64,000 nt of DNA from Okamejei kenojei (Eukaryota): the NCBI GenBank assembly GCA_035221665.1, contig CM069137.1, positions 76,942,001-77,006,000 on the forward strand, given 5' to 3'. A program made the position numbers and the translations under genes. Shown one piece after another: positions 36,301-51,300 of this stretch. Each line of letters opens with the position of its first letter. The stretch's first letter is position 1. The notes beneath the pieces are model-generated. The model was not told the DNA's origin, did not search any database, and saw only the letters and a list, made by a program, of their open reading frames with translations.

Positions 36301-39300
36301 AGGAGATCTTTAGATCTGTTTAGAAAAAATGTATTTTAATCGGAAACATTGTTACATACTGACTATAGATCCAAAACTTACTAACAGAAGTGATACAATT
36401 ACGTCAAATAATGCAACTGTATAATACTTAGTATTTAATGATGTTGAAATTGAAATAAGGTACTGAATATTCCAAAAATCAGTTAAGCAGTGGAATTGTA
36501 TATATAAAAGTGAGGGCAGAAGGCAACAGGAATCCATGAGTTATGTACAAAACTAAGAGAAGAAAAAACTCTGCATTTCCACATTTAAATATACATGTGC
36601 AGTCTCCAAAATCCATTCCAATGAATAAAATCTTAATACTGGGTACAAAAGCGCAATTTGAAGAAAAGGACTATTCCACAAGACCAACAGAAAGACAAGT
36701 GTAACTAAAGGCCCATGTGGGTGCCTCATGGTTATCCCTTCCACTGTAAAATTTATGTCCGATAATTTAAAAATATTGTATGTAAATTGAGCCGAGAAAA
36801 AATGAAAATCTCAAACATAGGTTAAGAAAAATAATAATTGGCTAATATATCACTGTTTGTTTCACTTAATCATGCACAACTCAAACACAAGTCATTTGTC
36901 TATTTAAATCTTGGAAAGCACATGAAATTACTATTGTAAAAGAAATGCATAAAATAAATATAGTTAGGAAGATTCAATCTAAAAATTTAAAAAAATTGAT
37001 CCTCGTATAATTCAGCCAAATTACTGAATCAATATATCACATCAATATATCACACTAAATTAGCAATTCAAAATCCTTAATTGACTAAATCTCCATTGGT
37101 AAATATAATATGTATTCAATTGCTTTCCAAAAATTGTTCTCCCGAGTAGTTTGTTTCCTGAGATACTCGAAGGTAGACACAAAATGCTGGAGTAACTCAG
37201 CGGAACAGGCAGCATCGCTGGAGAGAAGGAATAGGCGACGTTTCAGGTCGAGACCCTTCTTCAGACCTCACTCTGCTTAGTTACTCCAGCTTTTTGTGTC
37301 ATCTCTCATTTCCCTTATCCCGAACTAGTCTGAAAAGGGTCTCGACCTGAAACATCACCCATTCCTTCTCTCCAGAGATGTTGCCTGCCCCGCTGAGTTA
37401 CTCCAGCTTTTTGTGTCTATCTTCAGTTCTTTGTTGGTTCTCTAATCTACTTGCCTGTTATTTATCTTTTTACTTTATCTTGTTTGGTGAATTGGTAGTA
37501 TTTTCTTAAGCAATAATGACGTTATTTCTCAGACTGACGGATTAGAAGGAAAATTGGAAAAGAGAGGTGAAAGATGGGGAAAAGTCTGCAAAGTGGTAAG
37601 TGGATATAGGTGAGGGGAGTTTGATTGGCAGATGGGTTTCACAGGGAGGGGAAATAAGAGACATAAAAGGGGCACCTCAGGGGCGAGAGATGAGTGTTTG
37701 GAGGAGAAAGGAGCATAGGTGGCTGGGTGGTTTTTGATGGGGAGGGAGAAATATGTGCACTACAAAGTGTGCACACGGGAAAGAGAGGGGATATTACTTG
37801 AAATTGGAGAACATACTGTTGGGTTGTAAGCTACCCAAACAGAACACGAGGAGCTGTTCCTGAAGTGTCCCTAATGATAAGGACAGAACGTTCAGGTTGG
37901 GAATGGGAAGTTAAAATGGTTATCAAATGGATGATCCAGCAAGCCTTGGTGGGCAGAGTGCAAGCATTTGGTGAAACAGTCGCCTAATATTTGATTGGTC
38001 TCGCCAATGAATAGGCCATGTTGGGAGCACAGAATGAAGTAGACAAAGTTTGAAAAGGTGCGCGCGAACCTCTGTGTCACCTGAAAGGGCTGCGGGGCTC
38101 CCTGGAAGGATGTGAGAGAGGTGTAGGGACAGGTGTTACATCGCCGGCAGTTGCAGAGGTAAGTACCTGGGAAAGGAGCAGGTTAGGTGGGGAGGGATGA
38201 GTGAACCGAGGAGTTGCAGAGGGAATGTTCTGTATGGAAAGCAAAAATGGTTGGGGATGGAAAGATGTGAACGGTAGTGGGATCACGATGAAGGTGGCAA
38301 AAACTTCAGAGAATTGTGTGTTGGATGCAGAGTCTGTAGTGTGAAAGGGGAACTTTATCCTTGTTCCAACATGGGGGAGGGGGAACAATAGGACAAGCAT
38401 AGGACAACAGAAGGAAACGGGCAATACGTAGGACTAAAGAGGTTCTTCTGCAGTTGTACAGGGCTGTGGTGAGATCACATCTGGAGTATTGTGTACAGTT
38501 TTGGTCTCCTAATTTGAGGAAGGACATCCTGATGATTGAGGCAATGCAGCGTAGGTTCACAAGATTGATCCCTGGGATGGCAAAGCTATCATATGAGGAA
38601 AGATTGAAAAGACTAGGCTTGTATTCACTGGAGTTTAGAAGGTTGAGGGGCACCTTAAAGAAACATATAAAACTGGACAAGCTAGATGCAGGAAAAATGT
38701 TCCCAATGTTGGGCGAGTCCAGAACCAGGGGCCACAGTCTTAGAATAAAGGGGTGGTCATTTAAGACTGAGGTGAGAAAAAAAACGTTTTCACCCAGAGA
38801 GTTGTGAATTTATGGAATTCCATGCCACAGAGGGCAGTGGAGGCCAAGTCACTGGATCGATTTAAGAGAGAGTTGGATAGAGCTCTAGGGGCTAGTGGAG
38901 TCGAGGGATATGGGGAGCAGGCAGGCATGGGTTATTGATAGGGGACGATCAGCCATGATCGCAATGAATGGCGGTGCTGGCTCGAAGGGCCGAATGGCCT
39001 CCTGCACCTATTTTCTATGTTTCTAATAGCAGAACTGCAGGACACAGAAGAGACATGGCTGAGGGCTCCATCCACAGCAGCAAAGAGGAAACCACATTCA
39101 CTGAAGAAGGAGGACATGTTGGATTTTCTAGAATGCAACTTGGGAGCAGGTGCAACAAAGACAGATTTTGGGAATAAGGATTGGTGTCCTTGCAAGAGAC
39201 AGGCTGAAAGAAGTGTAGTCAAGGTGAATTTCATTGGATTGCTGTGGAATTGAGAATATGAGAATCGAATGAGGCTCTTACTACTTTTATTCTTTTTCTT

Positions 39301-42300
39301 TATGCTTTACTACGAGCATTAAAGTATTATTTCATTGTGGAGATTAAGTTTATAGTGAATAAAGCAAATGGCATGTTGGCCTTTATAACAAGAGGAGTTG
39401 AGAATAGGAGCAAAGAGGTCCTTCTGCAGTTGTATGGGGCCCAAGTGAGACCACACCTAGAGTATTGTGTACAGTTTTGGTCCCCTAATTTGAGGAAGGG
39501 CATTCTTGCTATTGAGGGAGTGCATCGTAGGTTTATAAGGTTAATTCCTGGGATGGCGGGATATGTCATATGTTGAGAGAATGGCGTGGCTGGGGCTTGT
39601 ATACTCTGGAGTTTAGAAGGATGGGAGGGGATCTTACTGATATAAGATTATTAAGGGCTTGGACACGCTAGAGGCAGGAAGCCTGTTCCCGATGTTGGGG
39701 GAGTCCAGAACCATATAACCATATAACCATATAACAATTACAGCACGGAAACAGGCCCTCTCGGCCCTTCCAGTCCATGCCGACCATTTGTTTTCCCCTA
39801 GTCCCATCTACCTGCACTCAGACCATACCCCTCCATACCCTTCACGTCCATATACCTATCCACTTTACTCTTAAATGTTAAAATCGATCCTGCCTCCACC
39901 ACTTCTGCTGGAAGCTCATTCCACACAGCCACCACCCTCTGAGTAAAGAAGTTTCCCCTCACGTTACCCGAAACTTCTGTCGCTTAATTCTCATGTCATG
40001 CCCTCTTGTTTGAATCTTCCCTACCCTCAATGGGAAAAACGTATCCACGTCAACTCTGTCTATCCCTTTCATCATTTTAAAGACCTCAATCAAGTCCCCC
40101 CTTAACCTTCTGCGCTCCAAAGAATAAAGACCTAACTTGTTCAACCTTTCTCTGTAACATAGTTGCTGGAACCCTGGCAACATTCTAGTAAATCTCCTCT
40201 GTACTCTCTCTATTTTGTTGACATCCTTCCTATAACTAGGCGACCAAACTTGTACACCATACTGCAGAATTGGTCTTACCAATGCCTTGTACAATTTTAA
40301 CATTACTTCCCTACTCCTATATTCAATGCTCTGATTTATAAAGGCCAGCACACCAAAGGCTTTCTTTACCACCCTATCTACATGTGATTCCACCTTCAGG
40401 AAACTATGCACAGTTATTCCTAGATCCCTCTGTTCCACAGCATTCCTCAATTCCCTACCATTTACCATGTACTTCCTATTTTGATTTGTCCTGCCAAGAT
40501 GTAGCACTTCACACTTAACAGCATTAAACTCCATCTGCCATCTTTCAGCCCACTTTTCCAAATGGCCCAAATCTCTCTGTAGACTTTGAAAATCTACTTT
40601 TCAGGGGCCACTGTTTAAGAATAAGGGGTAAGCCATTTAGAACGAAGACGAGGAAACACTTTTTCCTCACAAAGAGATGTGAGTCTGTGGAATTCTCTGC
40701 CTCAGAGGACGGTGGAGGCCGGTTCTCTGGATACTTTCAAGAGAGAGCTAGATAGGGCTCCAAAAGATAGCGGAGTCGGGGGATATGGGGAGAAGGCAGG
40801 ACCGGGGTACTGATTGGGGATGATCAGCCATGATCACATTGAATGGCAGTGCTGGCTCGAAGGGCCGAATGGCCTACTCCTGCACCTATTGTTTATAGTC
40901 TAATGTCTATTCTTCTGTTATTTTGTTTCCTACAGAAAACAGCCTGGATTACTTTTTGATTTTTCTGTTTTAGTAAAAGCGCTTCTGTTTTTTTAATTGC
41001 TACTTTGTTTCCTTTTGTTTAACTTCTTGTTTTGATCTAAATGGATACTGGAAAGATTGACACAAATTCCATGAGGATCATGAGCAACTCTAGTTACTGC
41101 TGCAAATGATGTAAAAAACCTGATATAAGATTCTTGACAAAAGATTCCAATATATTAAAAATTATAAATTCTGTATTGGCAGTTTGCGATCTAGAACAGT
41201 AACAATTTAGAAACATAGAAATTAGGTGCAGGAGTAGGCCATTCAGCCCTTCGAGCCTGCACCGCCATTCAATATGATCATGGCTGAACAATTTGAAGTG
41301 ATCCCAAACATTGTTTGCCTTAATGTGAATATTTCCCCCTGAGAATATAGGGGGAAATATTCCTATATTTCCCCCTATAGGGGGACTATAGGGGGAAATA
41401 TAGTCCCCCTATATTTCCCAAAAATATAGGACTTCCAACCCTCATGAATAAAATTTATTTTTTTGGACCTTAAGTATAATATATGTACAACTTACAAAAC
41501 GTTAGACCAAAAAAAGTGAAAATGAATCAAAAGTTGAAGACAAAACATTCTCACGCTGCACGTCTCTGACAAAACTTTACGTACACTGTATGCTTGAAAA
41601 AATGGATTAATGAAAGATATTGGCATTTTTATTTTGAATCAACACGAAAGAAACAAATTTAGCTGTGGGCTAGTGACCATTCTAAAAACAAATATATTTT
41701 TAAAAACCTGTTTTAATTTAATTAGTGTTATGAACTATGAAATTGAAATGCCATCAATAAGCGAGTTTGGTATTACAACTGCGCATTCCCAGGTCAAGGT
41801 TTATTCGGGATAAACAGTCTCGCCAGCTGAGCTACCATGTGTGCACGGACCTGAGTATTCATTTCAATGAGATCTATAAATAAAAATATGTCAGCAGTAG
41901 GCCACAGCGTACTGCAGGTTACACAAATCCACAATTGTATCTATTTAAATTATTGACTCAACACAGCACCAGCCTTGAAAAAGCAAGAATGCCTGGAACG
42001 AACCTGGCAATTATCAAATCCCTGGTATTAACCTGTCACACCCATTCAAATTCGAAATTGATTTACTCGAATTAGAAGTTGTGTGGTCAACCAATTTGAG
42101 ACAGTCATTACATTCCTATCTAAACAACTTTCCCGGATTGAAGTAAAGGAGGACAATGTGCTGTTTGTGGGTAGGTCGGAAAGTTCAGATTGGATTCGAA
42201 AAGGCTAGTCAAACGTTCAAGGTAGCTTGGCTTAAATAGAGATGCTGTCACTTTAACCTCTGGGGTTGGTTCCACCTGTCAGGGCACACAGTTGGGAGCC

Positions 42301-45300
42301 AGTCCGGGTGACCGGGCGGTGGTAATTATGAGAATTTTCAGCCATTTGAACCGCAGCCAAACTAGAGGCTTCACTCAGGAGTGGGTCGCAGCTCCCCAGC
42401 AGACGGGACCTGTTCTTGCTCTTTTTGAAGTAGGCGCCGCCCGCCCCAGAGAGTGGGCAAACGCGGAGCCAATCCGTAATAAGAGTGGGTGCATTTTCTC
42501 AGCCACACAGACAGAACAGTTTAATAACGACACATTAAAATCTACCATTCAGCCACCTGCAACCTGGGTTGATCTGACCTGACAGCCCTCTCGCTAGCTC
42601 GCTGAGTGCAGAACCTAACACAGAACCTCTCTTTGGGTAACACCTGCACAAAGCGCCTCTGCTAACAAGAGCTGGCGAACTGTGCTGGTCAACGTGCTCT
42701 GGGCGAGATGGCTGGGGGAAACGTACCGCAACCACCGCAAACTTGAAACAGCACAGGCCCTCCACTCAATCTATCCAATGTTAAAGGGCAGGCATTTTGC
42801 AGTTAAATGTCTTATATAGGATTGGTGGTTCTATCACAGGACCAACCCTGTACTCAGTTTTCCTCGGAGAATAATCTTTGCCTTAACATTACATTCACAC
42901 CGCCTGTAGGTAAAGCAGCAGCCCACATCATACTGATGCAGTCGCTGCCTTCCTCAGATTAAATATATTTTTACACATAAATTATGAATAAAGATACGAA
43001 AATGTTTCAAACACAAGTAATATTTTCTTATTCCAGTAGCAAACACATTAAGGATTAAGAAAATAATAAATTCTTTAACTTTTTGAATATCTCATAATTG
43101 CAGATTAATGAATTTAACTAGAATTGGGACTGTGTAAGTAGTGTGTGAACAGCAGAACAAGAAAGGACGTGATTGAGTTGACAGAATTCTAGATTAATTC
43201 CTTGGTAGAATAGTTAACAATTTATATGCAGTTTATACAGCGCTGCATTCGCTTTGTTTTTAATCCGAAATGACCTTTGACAAATCCCATGAGTCCTTGA
43301 GTTTATCGACATACCGAACTCGCTTATTGAATGCTGCCCGGATCCACACATGGACAATCCCAGGTAGAAACAATGTATGAGGGATGTGCAACCTGTTTGA
43401 GATTCTATGAAGCCAATCATTCTGTAATTGATAGTGTTAGTACATTGTAGGATAAAATGAAATAAACAAAATAAAATGCATTTGTAAAGTAACAGGAACA
43501 ATTGCAAGTGAGATATAAACCATCAAACTATCAGTATCTATTAGTTAAAATTACATCAAAATAATCCAAATTATACAGTCAAAATTCTCTTAGGGCATCT
43601 ACACCCAATATCAAGACCCAGAAATGGCTTGGATTTGACCATAATAATCAAATGCTACATCAGGATGCACTTTATCAGACAATTTCAGTTATTTTAAAGC
43701 TTAGCAAAATAAAATGACTGAGATGATATAAAAGAGATACACAAGTCTTATAGATAATTGCAACAGCAGTGACCAAATATTTGTCAGGAAATAAGTGGAA
43801 TTCAAAGCAATGGTTTATCGTAGCATTGGCCCTCTTGGTGATTTTTCGGCGACTGCCGGCATCATTGACTGACCTATCGGGTCACCAAAAAATTTGCGGC
43901 GTGTTGCGGCGGTGACGCGGCGTGATGACGTATGACCCGCGGTGTTTTTTCAAGTGTCGCAACATTTTTTTGTTGCCGCGGATTTAAGTGTTCAAAATCT
44001 TTTGACGACACTGATATGTCGCCGAAAAAAATCGCCAAGTGGGACAGGCCCATTAATAGATACATGGAGATCTTATAATAACTCCCTATTTCGCAAAAAA
44101 GTGTATTCATTTGGTTTTAGATTTAGCAAGTATGATAGAACAATTTGGAAAGGAGAATCAAAATGCTAATTCTGATGCATTCCAGTATATTGCATGCGTG
44201 ATAAATGATAATTGGTTAATTGGTTAATAAAACAAAGCCATCATAAAGTCGTAAGAGGAGGAATACGTTTCTGTCTGCAGTGAACTTTAATAAAATTGAC
44301 AATATAATACAATCAAAATCTCACCAGAGGGGATGTTTAAATTTAGATGATTAATTAGATCTCACAGGGTATATCATAGATTTGACGGTGCTAGTAATAA
44401 TACACAACAGAAGGTAACTTTAAGGTTTCTGGATGTCTTGGAGTGGCTGCAGGACATTCTCAAGAGGAAAGGTGACCAACCAGAAGTTGTGCACATTAGC
44501 ACAAACGACATGGGGAGGAAAAGGATAAGTTCCTGCAGAGTGAATATGGGGAGATAGGCAAAAGATTAACAAGTAGGGCCTCAAGGGTAGTACTGCCATG
44601 TGCTAGTGATGGCAGAAATAGGGGGATTGAACAGATCAATGCGTGGCTGAGTTGATGCTGAGAGCAGGGATTCAAATTTTTGGATACTGGGACACAGATG
44701 ACCTGTGCAAGAGGGACGAGTTCCATCTGAACTGGTGGGGACCAATTTGGGGGCGGGTTAAACTAAAATGTAGAGGTGTTGGAACTAGAGCAGAATGTAA
44801 GCAAATGAAAGGACTGGTGGGAAGATAGAGGATTGGGAAGTTAGACTAAAAGGAAGGACAGGCATAGAGAGGTTAAGGAATATGGTGAAACTGATGGACT
44901 GATGTGCTTACTTCAACGCAAGGAGTATTGTGAGTAAAGCAGATGAACTTAGACCCTGGATCAGTGCTTGGAACTATGTTGTTTTGGCCTTTATGGAGAC
45001 ATGGTTGCAAGAGGGATAGGACAGGCAGCTCCACATTTCCAGATATCGATGTTCCAATGTGATAGGGAGGTAAAAGAGGTGAAGGAGTTGCTCTGCTAAT
45101 CAGGGAGAAGTCACGCTGGCAATTAGAGGGGATATGCTGTAGGCTTTGTCCACTAAGGCAATATGAGTAGAGTTCAAAAATAAGAAAGGTGCAATATATA
45201 TAGTACAGTATCTGTACTATAGACCTCCATATAGCCAACAGAAGATAGAGGAACAAATATGTAGATAGATTATAGAAAAATGCAAAAGCAACAGGATTGT

Positions 45301-48300
45301 CCCGGAGGGAGACTTTAAATTCTCCAATGTTAACTGGGTCTCACTTGATCAAAAGACTTAGAAGTGGCAGAATTTGTTAGGTGTATCCAAGATGGGTTCC
45401 TGAAACAGGATGTGGAAAGTCCAATTCAAGAAGAGACCCTACTGGACCTTGTACTGAGGAAAGACCCAGGTTACTGATGTTTCTGTGGAGGAGTATTCTG
45501 GAAATGGAGATCATAACTCCATAAGTTTTAAGGTAGTTATAAATAAGGATAAGTCTGAATCTTTTAGGAGGATACAAAATTAGGGAATTACAGATTACAG
45601 CATAATTAGGCAGGAGTTGGTGTGAGTAAATTGGGAGCAGTTGTTATTGGGCAAGTCCACTTCTGACATGTGGGAGCCATTTAAAGGCCAACAAATGCTC
45701 CAGGACAGCATGATCGAGTAAGGAGGAAGGATAAGGAACAAGGATAAGAGGCAATGTATGGGACCCTTCGATAACCAAACCAACCACATTTGATCAATTA
45801 GAAAAAGGAACATGTGTACGGTTTAGAAAGGTGAAATTAAACAGGGCACTTGTTGAATATAAAGTAAGCAGGAAGGAATTTAAATGGGCAATTAGAAGAG
45901 CCAAAAATCCCAAGGTTTTTATATGTACATTAAAAACATGTGGGTAACTAGGAAGAAAATAGGACCACTCAAGGATAAAGGAGGGAATTTATGCTTGCTG
46001 TCAGAGGATCTAGGCAAGGTACTGAGTACTCTGCATTTGTATTCGCCAAGGCGAAGGACATGGAGTTAATTGATATTAGTGTGAAGAGTACTAATATGCA
46101 AGAGCAGTTTGAGATCAAGAAGTAGGTGCCGTTGGTGCTCTTGAAGAGCACTGAAGGGAGAGATATGATCATGGGCTGGCAGATGGGATTAGTTTATCTT
46201 GGCATCATGTTCAGCATAAACATTGTGAGCCTGCTCCTGTATTGTGCTTTTCAATGTTCTATGCTCCAAATTGACACAAATCTGTAGATTAGATTTACTT
46301 CATTTGTCATAGTCCAAATGACCTTTGTTTGCAATATGCAGCAATGATTATGAAACAACAATGGAAAAAGAAATGACAACACCTAACGAAAAGATTATTC
46401 TCGGCAAGATTGTGAGAAGATGGTTAGAAGTGGCTAATGCCATAAAAAGTCAAAACAAGTTACTTCGTGGTTGATTTCTGAGGCAGATGCCTTCAGTAAA
46501 TAATGCATTAACTCCTAATGAACCAAAGATTGACTAACAATTATATTTAAGGCAGATCTTAAAAAGAAAGCTGTATGCTAAGGTAACTAGCAGACGTCAT
46601 TTTCAAGATCAACTTAAGGATACCATTAACATTATCCTCTTTTCTCTACAGAAACTCTACTGTCTGATCAAAATGTGGTATTTCCATGAAGTACTGGTAA
46701 ACTTAAACTTAAAGTTATTTCACTTCAAAGTAACCTTGCTATTGAAATTAACTTCTATACTTGTTCCAATCAATCCAATTATGTCTACCCAAAATGTTTT
46801 TTTAAAAATTGGACTCAGATATTACAAATTTTATTTGGGATTATAAATCCCACAGAATACAAAGACCACACCTGAATAAACCCAAAGTAGTAGGGGGATT
46901 AGCACTCCTGAATTGTATGTATTATTATTGGTCGGTAAATATTAGAAATATGATTCAATTGTTGGATAATTCTCTTCATCAACCAGAATGGATCATTATG
47001 GAGAAAGAGGACTGCTCCCCTTTTAATATTGGTGCGATCGTTTTTTCACCAATGACGGTGAATAATACAAACTACAACAAAAACCCAATTATACATAGTA
47101 CAATCAGAATTTGGAAACAAATAAAATACAATTTAAAATTAAGAAAATGATCTCTCCTATCTCCTATTGCTAAAAACCCTCTGTTTAAACCCTCAATTAT
47201 AGACAAAGCATTTATACAATACGAACTTTGGGAGATTTGTATGATATGGGAAAACTACTATCATTTAAACAATTACAACTAAAATATAATCTGGGTAACA
47301 ATCAGTATTTTAAATATTTCCAAATATGTGATTATCTGAAAAAACATGCACAAGAATTTCACAAAATGCCATTAGACTTACTAGATTAAGTAATGAATAC
47401 AAAGGCGAAATCAGCAAATTTAATTTCATATATATATAATATTATACTAAATGCAGTGATACCAACAACGGAAGGTATCAGAGGTGAGTGGGAAAACAAA
47501 CTAAGCATAAAAATTTCCAATGAAAGGTGGAAAGAGTACTTATTAAATATGCACAAATGCTTAATTAACGTGAGACACACTTTAATACAATTTAAAATTT
47601 TACACATATTATACTACTCAAAAACGAAATTAAATAAATGTTTCCCTAACGTTTCACCAATTTGTGATAAATGCCAGTGTCAAGAAGCTACTATAGCGCA
47701 CTCATTCATCTTCTGTACAAAAATTCAAAGGTTTTGGATTGAAATCTTTGAAATTTTCACAAAACTGTTTAAAATAAAAATGACACCGAAGCCAGAATGG
47801 ATTATTTTCGGAATAACAGAAGGTAGTTCGGAATTAAATATGTATCAAAAGAATCTATTTGATCACGGCTTAATAATAGGAAAAAAGCTAATCTTAAAAT
47901 TCTGGAAAAATGTGCCTATATCAACATTAAATATGTGGATTTCAACTATGTTTGAAACATTACATCTGGAAGATATGAGACTCCACCTGGCAGGAAAATC
48001 AGATTGTTTCTATCAGACGTGCATTTATAGAATTACTACAAAGATAGGGTGCAGGAGTACCTAGGGCCTTGGTAGGGGGGGGGATGAAAAACTATCGAGT
48101 TGGTGGATTCCTTTTGCGTGATATATATAATATAGTAACTGGCTTTTTTTTTCTTTTCTCTCTCTTTGTCTCTCTTTCTTTTTTCCTTTTCTTTTCTAGG
48201 GTCTATCTCCTAACCCCCTTTCTCTAATTCTTTGACCAAGGGTTTCTTCTCCCCTTTGGCACGCTCTTTCACTTTCACAACTCTTTTCACCTACTTCACT

Positions 48301-51300
48301 CTCTTTCTATTCTTTTTCTTTAAAAGCCATAAAATTATGGGGTACAATGACTGTAACAATATATATGTGATGTACATTGATGTAGTTGCCTCTAATAAAT
48401 AATTTTTTTTTTTTTAAGAATTTAAAAAAATTAACAACACAGAATGAACACAATTAATTGGATTCAGATGCAAGGATATAAAGAATAGACTGGGCTTTGA
48501 AGGGACAGGCTTTTGTCAATAGGGGCAAAATTATTTTGTATTATAAAAGGGAAATGGTTTGAGGCAAACCTAAATAAATTGAAAGGAGTCAAGAGTAAAA
48601 TTTAAGAGTCATGTTCCTGTGTTAGACTGAAAATGGTCTCAACGCGAAACATCACCTATACCTTCTCTCCACAGATGTTGCCTGTCGTCCTGAGCTATTC
48701 CAGAATTTTGGGTCTATTTCCTGTGTTAGAGCATTAGCATAGAAATGCTGCAGCAATTAAAGTCATTTTATTACATTTATTAGAATCCAACGTCATTTAT
48801 TTTTCCTTCTAATATCTTATCTTATGCCTACTTAACAGTAGCGTTACTTGGTTTCAATAAACTTGAAAAGAGTTTTCAGTTGCATTGCTTTGTGATACTT
48901 CGATAGGTTAAGGATTTAGGCTCCGTCTGAACTAGAGAAAGGACACAAAGTGCTGGCGTTACTCAGTGGGTCAGGCAGCACCTTTGGAGATGAACATAGA
49001 TAGGTGTTGTTTCGGGTCGTGAACCTTCTTCAGACTGAGATCTATGTTCTCCCAAGTGGGAATATGAGGGGTTCTTCTTCCAGTTTGCATGTAGGCAGTG
49101 GAAGAGGCCAAGGAAAGACAGGTCGATATGGGAATGAGAAAGAGAATTAAAATGACTAACATCAACAAAATCCAGCAGGCCCTCGTAGACAGAGTGCAAA
49201 CATTTGGCAAAGCAGTCAACTAATTTACACTTAGTTCTGCACTACCTGCAGTTGCTGGGGTAAGTGCTAGGGGAGCAGGATGGGTGGGGGAAGGACGAGT
49301 GAGCAATAGAGTCATGAAGAAAGCGTTTTTTATGGAAAGCAGAAAGGGGTGTAACCAGGATGATGTGTCTGGTTATGGCATTCCACTGAAACTGGCAGAA
49401 GTGTCAGAGAATGCTGTATTGGATTCTGGTGGGGTTCAAAATTAAAGGAACTCTATCTCTGTTCTGTCCAAGGAAGTATTGCTAGAGCAGAACTGTGGGA
49501 GATGGAGGAGACGTGGTAATGCTGCATCTACAACTACAGACTAAACCACGTTTTCATGAACACTAAATTCTTCAATTTTGGGTAACCTCTGCCCCTTCTC
49601 ACTGACCCAGTTCCTCTCCACCTCCACCCCCATTCAAACACCCCCTACCGCCCCTCTTTCGTCACCCAGTTCCTTGCTCCTCCATCATCTAATCATCTGC
49701 CATCCCTCTGTACACTGGGCCTCCCACATTTTCCCCCCACCTCCCATTCCCTTATACCTACTATCCTTTCCTCCATTTTACATTGCACTGCTCATTTTCC
49801 TTTCTGTTCAGATTGCACAATTTGCACTCTCACGGTTGGTTACTATCTCTACACTTTTTATCTCCACCTGACTCATCTGCCAATCAAACTCTTCTAAGAT
49901 CCACCTATCACTTGTCGGCTCAGGCCCCACCTCCTTCCCCTTACCTCTTTCCACCACCTATCTACCATCAATTCCCTCAGTCTGAAGAAGGGGCATGACC
50001 CAAAATGTTGTCGATCCATTTCCCTTCACAGATGCTGCTTGACCCACTGAGTTCCTTGAGCAGTTTTTTTTTTGCTCAAGATTCCAGCATCTGTAATCTC
50101 TTGTGTCTCCATGAAATTAAAATGTAGTACCTCAATAGGCAGTAATTGTTCTGTTACTACTTAGGCCACATGCTAATTGTACACAAACAGATTTGCGCTG
50201 TTTTAAAGAAGGAACTGCAGATGCTGGAGAATCGAGGGTACACAAAAAGCTGGAGAAACTCAGCGGGTGCAGCAGCATCTAAGGAGCGAAGGAGATAGGC
50301 GACGTTTCGGGTCGAGACCCTTCTTCAGACTGGTCAGGGATCAGGGAAACAAGAGATATAGACGGTGATGTGGAGAGATAAGGAACAATGAATGAAAGAT
50401 ATGCAAAAAAGTATCGATGATAAAGGGAACAAGCCATTGTAAGCTGTTTGTGGTGTGAAAATGAGAAGCTGGTGCGACTGGGGTGGGGGAGGGAGATAGA
50501 GATAGAGGGAATGCCAGGGCCCGAGGACTGAGGGAGAGGTGGGAAGGGGAGGAGACAGCAAGGGAGAATTGAGAAAATTCAATATTCAAGCCCAAAGGAT
50601 GCAGACCCAAGCGGAATATGAGGTGCTGAGCTTGCGGTGTTGCTCACTCTGGCCGTGGAGGAGGCCCAGGACCGAGAGGTCGGATGTGGAATGGGAGGGG
50701 GAGTTGAAGTGCTGAGCCACCGGGAGGTCGGGTTGGTTATTGCGGACCGAGCAGAGGTGTTCGGCGAAGCGATCGCCAAGCCTCCGCTTGGTCTCACCGA
50801 TATAGATCATCTGGCATCTGGAGCAGCGGATGCAGTAGATGAGGTTGGAGGAGGTGCAGGTGAACCTCTGTCGGACCTGGAAGGACTGCTTGGGTCCCTG
50901 AAAGGAGTGGAGGGGGGAGGTGAAGGGACAAGTGTTGCATTTCTTGCGGTTGCAAGGGAAAGTGCCCGGGGAAGGGGTAGAGTGGGAGGGGAGGGAAGAA
51001 TTGACAAGGGAGTTGCGGAGGGAGCGGTCTTTGCGGAAGGCAGACAGGGGGGGAGATGGGAAGATGTGGCGGGTGGAGGGGTCACGTTGGAGGTGGCGAA
51101 ACTGGCGGAGGACTATATGTTGTATTTGCCGGCTGGTGGGGTGAAAGGTGAGGACCAGGGGGACTCTGCCCTGTTTGCGAGTGGGGGAATGGGGAGCGAG
51201 GGCAGTGTTGCGGGGTATGGAGGAGACCCTGGTGCGAGCCTCATCAATAGTGGGGGAGGGGAATCCCCGTTCTCTGAAGAATGAGGCCATTTGTGATGAC

